A stretch of DNA of 64,000 nt from Nemertoderma westbladi. Lineage: Eukaryota; Animalia; Xenacoelomorpha. A program made the position numbers and the translations under genes. Below, in pieces: positions 55,720-64,000 of the stretch (its first letter is position 1; the number at the start of each line of letters is the position of its first letter). The stretch is taken from assembly GCA_032718475.1 (NCBI GenBank), contig JAUCBJ010007751.1, positions 9,156 to 73,155 of the forward strand, read 5' to 3'. Under the pieces are notes generated by a model. The model ran no database searches, had not been told where the DNA came from, and was given only the letters and a program-made list of their open reading frames with translations.

Positions 55720-56876
55720 TGTTCGCGCTTTTAAGACCTTTGGCAGTTTAACCCGCCAAATCTATATGTCTTCTAGGTTATAAATCGACTTTAGCCTATG
55801 ACAAGTATTTGACACAAATAAATCCAACATTAGCCGAAGCCAGTCTATGCGCGACCATTCACCCGCTGGATATACCCGGGAGACTGGATTCGGATGCTTT
55901 AATTTGATTGCGGTGCAGGCCTACCGTACTATTCGATTGATCGTTAATATATAATCCCTGACAAATATCATTCACTTTCGGGAAATATTAGCAGTTCCTT
56001 TAGGACGTGGCGCTCTATCTATATAAACAGAGCTATGGCTTACACTAAACACAACGGAATGGATTATAAGTTACACATAAGGCGCATTCTTTAGGAGATG
56101 CTTTGTTACGCGGACAAGCACATACAGACTATTGCACACCGCTGCACACTGAATTGACAATAGTCACTGATTTTAATCATATATAAAGAGAATAGCAACC
56201 AACATTTGTAGGGCCTATAAAATAGCATTCAATTCACTACAAACCACGATACTATAAGTCGCAATTGCTATATGTAACCGGTCTCTCTAACCTTAGTGTA
56301 TCAAGAAGATCGGGGTTTCTGATCGTTTATCGTTATTCTCCAAATAACAATATGTAAACAACTGATACAATTAATAACAAACAGTAAATAGCAGTAAATA
56401 ATGTGCAATACAGCAGTAGGTACCGTACCGTACCGGTAACAGTTATGTGTTCTTATAATTAAAGCCGTTCTAATGTTGGAATAATTCAGAATAATTCCAT
56501 AGCCGATGTTCTAGGCTCTGGAAAAACCAACACACTGAACCCTGTGAGCTGTTGCAGGTAGCTTTCAACACAAAGAGGAAAAGCTCTCATTGGCAGAGCT
56601 CCATATTCCACAGATTCCACGAATGTCTAAATGCCGAACTATTCGGGTTTTTGCAGCCCTTAGCCAACACACAGGATGAATCACTCTGCTTGGTTGACCT
56701 TGCTCTGGTTGGTTGATCGAACAGAACAAAGAGGCCATACGTACAGCAAATCAGCCAATCAGCCGGTAGCTTGCATCATTTGAGTTAGGGAGTTTTTCTT
56801 TAGAGTATTTGAGCGCATTGAGGGAAACTGGATTGCGAAGCAAAAGGGCCAGTTATATCCCACAAAAGCTTTTACA
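55720..56876 (-). repeat. 5' LTR, 1157 bp
   Basis: TGTTCGCG...TTTACA, followed by TSD TTATA. Confidence 0.95.
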
Positions 56877-56881
56877 TTATA

Positions 56882-58186
56882 TCCTCCAGATACTGCTTTT
56901 GGTTATTCGGAATCAGGATGGATGACATCTGTACTATTCCACAGATGGTTTCAGAAAAACTTTATTGCTAAGTTCCCAAAGGATCGTGATTATTGGATTT
57001 TATTAATTTTTGATGGACACTCATCGCATGTTCAACTACCAACTATAATCTTAGCGGTGACCTCAAAGATCATTCTGCTTCTTTTACCACCCCATCTGTC
57101 ACATAAATTACAGCCGTTGGATGTTGGATTCTTCTCATCATTTAAATATATCTGGAACTTGAAAGTTGTTGCTTGGCAACGTGCACATTATGGAGTGAAG
57201 ATTGATAAACACAACTTAGCATGTCTATTAAGCGAATGTTGGAAAATACTAGACACAAAGGAAGTTAACCTCGCTGCTGGTTTTTCGAAATCAGGAATTT
57301 TTCCGTGTGATCGTACTAAAATACCAGTTGAACAATTAGACAAACTCAAATTACAGAAGTACAATGCACAGAAACTTGATGAACAATCCCAACTCAAATC
57401 AATTCAATCTGTTCAACCTGAAAATATTAATATGACTCCTCCAATTGACGTATCTGTTGATATTTCAAGTAGACCTCTGATCACTGTTAATGTTGGTAAT
57501 TCTATGAATCAAAATCCTGCAACTCCAACACCATCAACAAGCGCCACCAGTGAAATATCGCGAGTCTCATTTGAAGAATTGCTTCTTTCGAAGCTGCACC
57601 AAATGAACAAAACTAAACAGAAGCGGAAAAAAATCAATAAGGATGCTCGAATAATTACAAGGGAGCTACTGGACAGGACGTCAGATATGAATTCTAGCTT
57701 CGAGTCTGATGATGAAATACAAATATTAAATACAAAGATTTGGAACTGGAATGCTTGGAATAATAATCAGCCCACCAGCAAAAAAAGACAATGAGGCCCA
57801 TTAAGAAAACCAACAAACGAATTTGTTCAAAAAAACCCGAATCAAAGAGAGGCAAAAGGAATGATGATACAAGTAGTGATACAATGAGTGATATGGATTA
57901 TTGTAGTGATACCACTGATACACCGGTAGTTAATGATGATAGTGGTGAGGAAACCATTGTTGGTGATGAAGAAAGTCTAGAAAGTTGGATTAATATAAAC
58001 ATTTGCGGTGAATGCAACGAACGGTTCCTCCCAAAAGACTATGACCTTGTTGTTGGTTGTGACAGCTGTGAGAGATGGTACCACAAGGGGTGTACAGTTC
58101 CATTTAAAAATTATGGGAACAGATCAATTCCGAAGAATATCAAATTCTTCTGTAAATGTTGTCCTTCACAAGATATAGACAGATAG
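56882..58186 (+). pseudogene. DDE_1 transposase C-terminal part plus PHD finger (frameshifted)
   Basis: SGWMT, DGHSSH, QPLDVG, GFSKSGIFP; ICGEC...VGCDSCERWYHKGC...FFCKCC. Confidence 0.85.
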
Positions 58187-60806
58187 ATGATATATATGTA
58201 TAGGAGATTTATAGGAGATATATATATCATATATAATGATGAAATATAAATATGATAGAGATACTGATACTGTCAGACTGTAGACAGACTGATAGAGTTA
58301 TCAGTGTTGAGCAGGGAGTGGCTTTACAAAAGTATTAGAAGTGTAGAACTCATTTAGTGGTGTTTTTTATGGCTAATTTTAGAACTTGTTGTGCTTTTAT
58401 GGCTAATTTGAGAAATTTTTTATAAATCTACTACCATGTGCACTTACCCCATGATGTGGGGTAAGTGCACATTTAGCGGAATTTTTAAAAAATTATGCTA
58501 GGCCGAACAAATATACATGGGAGCAGCTTACAATGACATTCACATGAAAGCTAATTAGTTACTTAACCTAATTTAAGCAAGTTTCATATTTCAAATGAGT
58601 TGCAAGAGTGAATAATTTGTAGTCAAAGTCTAACTTTTTCAAAACATTGTGCATGTGCACTTCCCCCACTCTACCCTAGGCCTAGTACCAGTATCTTTCT
58701 TGGTCTTATTGTCGGCAGGCCTACAGCTGGTACCAATTTGTGAGCACGCGCACACACCCATTATTTTACCACGCACAATGCGATTTAATTTTTGCAAACA
58801 TTTTCCAGATTAATTCGAATAAATGCAAAACTGTACTATCCGATAAACTAATCTGTACTGGCGGGTGTTGGCTGTGGGGATGTCTAAGAGCGAGGTTATC
58901 ATTCGCAGTATTGACTGAGTCTATGTCTGATTAGTGCCTCCCCCCAGATCATGCAGAATACGGTGGATAGCCTACTGTAGCAGACTAGCGTCTACCAGCT
59001 CTGCTAATTAGCTAACCTGCATTTCCGTTTCCTTTCCCTGATCCTGACTCTTAAGATCTACCTACGTTACATTTCATTGTAAGTACTTATGTGGTGTTAG
59101 GGTTTCCCAGTGAGATCGGTATTATTAGAAGGCACATTTGTTCACAAATATACCAGCTGTTATGTAATAAACACTAAATACACAGTACTGCAGTAATTAC
59201 TGGCTGTAACCGGGATTGAAATATAACTAAAATTATTATTATTGTATGGTTGGGGTACTAGAACTAAGTGCACCCAACCTCCTTAGCAGCAGCAGACATA
59301 ACCCCAGTTTCTGCTACCAATCGCATTTGTCGGTCAGTCTTATGTCTGCGGGAGCCTTTTAGGCACATTAGGTGTGACGGGATCAGAGGATCCCGACCGG
59401 TTAATTTAAGTTACGCGTCACCGCACGATCGAGAAAGAATAGTTGATTGTTGTCGTCCCAGTATTGTTAATAAGGTTGAAATATAATATACGATATAGAA
59501 TATGATAGCACAGTTTAGATACCGGTAAATATAATATATGATTGGTGACGGCGGTGACGGTACTAAAGTGTCACCGATCTGCCCTACGTGACTGAGATAA
59601 CTGATAAAATGATAATGAAAATAAAATGAGATAACCGGTAAAATGGGCTATGCTGATAATATATACATTGGTTATTTCTACACTACCTTGGCCACTGTAC
59701 CTAGCGGATGCTCTCCTCTCCCATTGGTTGATATACCAATTCTCGGCTCCCACCTCTGTGGGAGTGCTTCCCCCCCCCCCCCTGCTGCTGTTACTTTCCC
59801 TCTCCAGGAGGTTTAACCTCTGACCTCCCTTTGTGTGGCCCTTTGGGGTTTGTTGTCCCCGTTATTGGTTGTGTGATACGAGGTTAATTGGGATTAACCT
59901 CGTATCCCCAATATTGCTAAAAGGGCGCCGTTTCCCAACTTTATGGGGTGGTGGGCGGAATTGAATCCGCTCACACTCCCCCCCATGCTATCTTCCCGGT
60001 GAGAAGATAGCATCACCAACGAGTGCGCTTCAATTCCGCTGGAACCCGATCTACTATCGGGTGTGGGGTGGAGTTCTCTTACTTGGAGTCGGCTTTCCAG
60101 GCCGCTCCCTCTGGGTATGATGTTACTACCCTCTCTTGGTGCAACTCCAACCTATGTTGCACCCAAGACATCTGGCGTCTCGGTTCGAGACAATTGTGGA
60201 TTTCTCTCATACAATTTTATCTCCCCACTACTCTTTCCACTCTAACTCCACTCTGACTGACTCTAACTTCTCCACTCTCACCCTGATTCTCCTCTACTTC
60301 TCTTCTACTTTCACTCTAACTTTCGGACCCCCTGTCCCTCACTCTGTCTCTTACCCCCCCCCCCCCCCCCCCCCACACTTGAATTGCACTCGCATTCTCT
60401 CCACGCGCCTCACTTAACCCATTCACTCCCGACGAGCCTCACCCTCCCCTTCCGTGACGTCGCACCTAAGAAGCGTCAAGTGTGTAGTGCTACGTTTAGT
60501 CTCCCGTCCTCCTGTCATAGTCAATTGGCCCCCAGTCCCAGTAGCTAATTGGAAAAAAGGTTACATGACTATAGTACTTACTTTGGTTATATTGGTTATG
60601 GTTATATGATTATATTCTTATTCTAATGATTATTACATATGTACATACTAATTGCACTTTTAATAAAATTTGCACTTAGGAGTTCGTATTACTTCACATG
60701 TGGTGCCTTCCAGGCATCCCCACATCTCCCCTTCCAAGTTCTAGTTCGCTCCTCCTGACTTTGGGAACCATCTCAATTCCTTCCCTCTGTCGTCCTCCTC
60801 TCTTGG

Positions 60807-61790
60807 TCACTTCCTGGTCGTCGCCGCTGCCTTGTTCTTGTCCCCTTTAAGGTTCCTGATCCTTGAGGTCACTTCTCTACTGATTCCCGTTGTCGACTCC
60901 TTGGGCGCTGGTGTTATTAGCACCCGGTATCGCTTCGCGGGTGGCCCCTCCGAATGGCCCTGTTGCTTCCCCCTAGTGGCGTCCCATAGGATCACCTTCA
61001 TAGCCCGCGGCACATGCTCCGCCAAGAAATCTCTGAACTCTCCCCGGTTCTCTGGCGTCCACCTGTCTAAATACCTCTGCGTATTTATCACTCCGGCATA
61101 CGACGCCACCGTTGATACTTCCTGATAAGTAAACGGAAATCTCCGTTTGATGATTTCCAGGTGGGCCTCCTGGTTGATATTAAAGAAGCCCCACCGGAAT
61201 TCCTGGGCCTTCATCCGCTGCCGCGTCATGGCGCCGACATCGGCCCACTCCTCGAAGATCCTAAACTTCTCCTCGTCGTCCATCCAGTCGCACTGGCGTC
61301 CGTAGTGCCCCCGGAAGTTGCACTTAGAACACCGGTTGTGCCACCGTGGACACGCCCCCATCCTATGACTCGACTTGCGGCAGTAGAGGCAACTCGTCCC
61401 CTTCTGGAATCGGTACAAGCAGCTCCTTTCCTGGTGAGTTTGCCTCCCGCAGTAATCGCAGCCGAGTACCAATGCCTCCCGCCCCACGTCGTCTTTCGTC
61501 CCAAGCGATCTCCTCGGTCTATGGAGTCGCTGGTAAGCGAACTTCTGGACGTTACGTCCTGTCCATTCTATCTCCTCGCCTCGCCTGGGCATCGTCTCTC
61601 CGAATACTACCCGTGGTGCCGTTCCCGGTTGCTCGCCCAACCTGATGGTGCTCCCCGCGAAATCCATCGCCGGCTCCTCATGCACCCAGGCCCGCTTGCC
61701 GGGTCTATCCCAGAAGGTCCTCGCCCCGCTGGCCGTCACCACTCTCCCGCCAACCCAGTCCGTGTGGCCGATTCTCCCGATGGGCGGCAT
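60807..61790 (-). CDS. Unknown protein with three CCHC zinc knuckles (possibly retroelement gag-like or accessory)
   Basis: 327-aa GC-rich ORF with CDYCGRQTHQERSC, CLYCRKSSHRMGAC and CSKCNFRGHYGRQC. Confidence 0.6.
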   Translation of the reverse strand: MPPIGRIGHTDWVGGRVVTASGARTFWDRPGKRAWVHEEPAMDFAGSTIRLGEQPGTAPRVVFGETMPRRGEEIEWTGRNVQKFAYQRLHRPRRSLGTKDDVGREALVLGCDYCGRQTHQERSCLYRFQKGTSCLYCRKSSHRMGACPRWHNRCSKCNFRGHYGRQCDWMDDEEKFRIFEEWADVGAMTRQRMKAQEFRWGFFNINQEAHLEIIKRRFPFTYQEVSTVASYAGVINTQRYLDRWTPENRGEFRDFLAEHVPRAMKVILWDATRGKQQGHSEGPPAKRYRVLITPAPKESTTGISREVTSRIRNLKGDKNKAAATTRK

Positions 61791-62068
61791 CTCTCCGAAC
61801 TCGTCGTCGTCCTCGTCCTCTCTGGGAGTGGCTCCAAACCCGGTAAAGGGAGAGGAGCTAGTTAAACTGCTACGTTATTCTAACCAAAACAATAAACTAA
61901 TGTCAATCGAACATGGTTAAGGTTATTAGTTTTGGAAGTAATCAGTTGTTATTTCTGTAAATATCGTTTGTATCGAAATTCCCCCCTATTTAAAGTACTG
62001 TATACTTAGTTATTGAAATAAAAAGTATTTATTGTTGGGGGTTGTAGTTAAAGTTGCCGCCCTCTGGA

Positions 62069-62310
62069 AACAATCGCCACAACAGATGATATAGTTGCCA
62101 CAACGGAGGAAACAATCGCCACTACGGGGGTTATATTTGCCACAACGGTGGAAACAATCGCCACAACAGATGCTATAGTTGCCACACGGAGTAAATAATC
62201 GCCCCAACAGATGCTATAGTTGCCACAACGGAGTAAATATTTGCCACAACAGATGCTATAGTTGCCACAACGGAGTAAATAATTGCCACAACAGATGCTG
62301 TAGTTGCCAT
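62069..62310. repeat. ~40-bp degenerate minisatellite (GCCACAAC core)
   Basis: Repeated ATAGTTGCCACAACGGAGTAAATAATCGCCACAACAGATGCT. Confidence 0.8.
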
Positions 62311-62747
62311 AACGGGTGACATCTTTATGTATAAAGTAGCGCTTTATATCTACGTTGCCCATATTTAATATTGTACATGTACAGTACATACTGTAGTTAT
62401 AATTAAGACATTTTTTCGTTTTTTTTTCATTTATTGTGAATGATTGTTATTTAATAAATATGTGGTGTTCAGATTTTATACAGTAATTAATTGAATTATT
62501 CCAAGGGGGGTGAGAGGGGGGGGGGGGGGGGGGGGGGGGCTGGAAGCAAATTCCATTCTTGGCGAATTATTGAAATAACAAAATTGAATCGAAAAATTTA
62601 TTGAAGTATTTATTAATGGATGTTGTACAGTTAGTTAACATTTATGTAGTTATTTTTAGCATTACGATGCTACTGTATAATTAATTATATAATTGCAAAT
62701 AAAAGTGAATAACAATGGGGGTGAACAAGAAATGCAAGATTACTGAG

Positions 62748-63485
62748 TTAACGAGAAATGCACCGAACCGCTCGTTTTCTCCTACGCTGTCCTGGCTTCT
62801 TTCCTGCAGAAGGTTTGGGGTCAACAGTTGCTAACTTTCCATCCATTGAGGTGACGATCTGAGTTTTTCGAAGTTTATAGGTATGCATTTTAATTAAATG
62901 ATTAGTTCTTGTTACCCCATCCATTCCTTCCCACTTGGACTTTCCCACTGCAAACTTTTTAAAACGTCCCGAGAGTCGATATTGTCCGTTTCCAATAACC
63001 GCCCTTTCAACATCTTTTTGTTTGGTTCTAACTACATCTATCAAAAGCTTGACAATTTCAGTCAGGGGCCGAGGCTTCCAATCGAACGCCTGTTTGAAGA
63101 CGTGATTGGCTGATTCGTTATTATTATTATCCCAGAATTTATCAACTACCCCGGACTGTTTCGGTTCCCATACATAATTTGATAACATCGGAAGTACTTT
63201 ACTTCTCATGTATTTTTTGAATGTTGCTGGTAGTTTTTTCGATAACAAAGTGTCAGAACGTTCCTGAAAGGTTATATCATCCTGAGAATCAAGTATCCCG
63301 TCTGTATCAAATATCAATTTAATAATCTCTATGCGAGTGATTTTATCAACACCGCAATCTATCAGATATTTCGTTACATTTTTCCTTACATGCAACACGC
63401 ATATTAGTGTGGGAGTTAAGGAAATGCAATACGGATTGCTTTTCTTAAAGCTGCTTCTTCATCTGAACCAAGACACAGTTTTTCT
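62748..63485 (-). pseudogene. Mutator/MULE-like transposase fragment
   Basis: LGSDEEAALRKAIRIAFP, then CVLHVRKN (CxxH) and WDNNNNESANHVFK; frameshifted. Confidence 0.6.
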
Positions 63486-63760
63486 TCAGTCGTCGTCGTC
63501 GTCGTAGTAAATTTTTGATCGCTAATAACTCGGTTATTCCTTGATGAAATTAAACGAAACTTGGTATGTATGTAGTCTGGCAAAAGTTTAGAAAGAATCT
63601 CAAGTTTGGTCAAAAACGAACGAACGCAACGAGGCACAAGAGGATGACGAGTATTGTGTTGAAGACTTCTGACTAACGGCAGACAACTCGTTAATGGTAC
63701 CCATTTGCTAAAGGCTTTGCTCACTTCGTGCTGCGCCAAGACCCCACGAACGTGTACTTA
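63485..63760 (+). mobile_element. HINE-like repeat copy abutting the MULE fragment
   Basis: GTC tract, GCTAATAACTCGG, AAACTTGGT, ending CCCCACGAACGTGTACTT. Confidence 0.55.
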
Positions 63761-64000
63761 CTGTATAATTATAAGATAGCCGTGTATTACGAATATATAG
63801 TCGGAACAAATTACAAATATAAATACTCTATAATATTTATGAATAAAATCTTAAAAGTTTGAAAAAGGTGTCTCCATCGATTTTACACCACTTACACTGT
63901 AAAAGCTTTTGCGGATATAACAAGCCATTTTTTTCCGCAATATACTGTGTAGGTGTTTTAGCGGACATAACAAGCCATTTTTACCCGCTATGTCTGCATG

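Larger units (their letters stand above)
41471..56876 (-). mobile_element. Non-autonomous BEL/Pao LTR retrotransposon
   Basis: TG...CA LTRs at 41471-43006 and 55720-56876, 5-bp TSD TTATA, and BEL-type gag, zinc knuckles and protease on the minus strand. Confidence 0.92.
41278..58676 (+). mobile_element. pogo/Tigger-like (DDE_1) DNA transposon with C-terminal PHD finger, 5'-truncated and split by the LTR element
   Basis: Left piece SDPKRVKVV...RENTTILACGDATGKLMAPMILF/FWTSWIPEQSKL joins right piece YPPDTAFGYSESGWMTS...LIFDGHSSH...LPPHLSHKLQPLDVG. Right end ...CACTCTACCC|TA. Confidence 0.85.

Noticed and set aside
60807-61857. Zinc-knuckle ORF as a trans-spliced variable exon (an AG at 61859-61858 is phase 2)
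   Set aside because: There is no polypyrimidine tract, the AG lies at the edge of a repeat remnant, and the ORF is upstream of the constant exons; the evidence is too weak.
19633-61895. Recurrent CTAACCAAAACAA motif (19633, 26153, 35961, 61880) as a regulatory element
   Set aside because: The similarity extends to AGCAGGTTACAGTG...AACAGGTTA on both sides, indicating remnants of a dispersed repeat, with no consistent position relative to exons.

Overview
Repeat-rich, AT-rich eukaryotic (invertebrate-like, probably arthropod) genomic DNA. The main feature is a minus-strand transcription-factor-like gene. It has three constant exons (37861-37314, 36553-36219, 35727-35637) ending in a phase-2 GTAAGT donor. 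These are followed over ~34 kb by at least six candidate alternative terminal exons, each with a matching phase-2 acceptor and each encoding a DNA-binding module: 3x BED finger, 1x double Pipsqueak HTH and 2x C2H2 pair. This is a lola/mod(mdg4)-like architecture, but no BTB domain is visible in the constant part. An intronless GT17/MGAT3-like gene sits antisense inside the exon array. The right half holds a nested element: a pogo-like DDE-PHD transposon is split by a 15.4 kb non-autonomous BEL/Pao LTR element carrying unknown extra ORFs, and that element has itself received two RTE LINE insertions. The rest is satellites (35, 71, 14, 25 and 23 bp units), MITEs, HINE-like repeats and decayed LINE, Penelope and MULE fragments. 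All calls come from manual reading of the sequence; no database searches were run.
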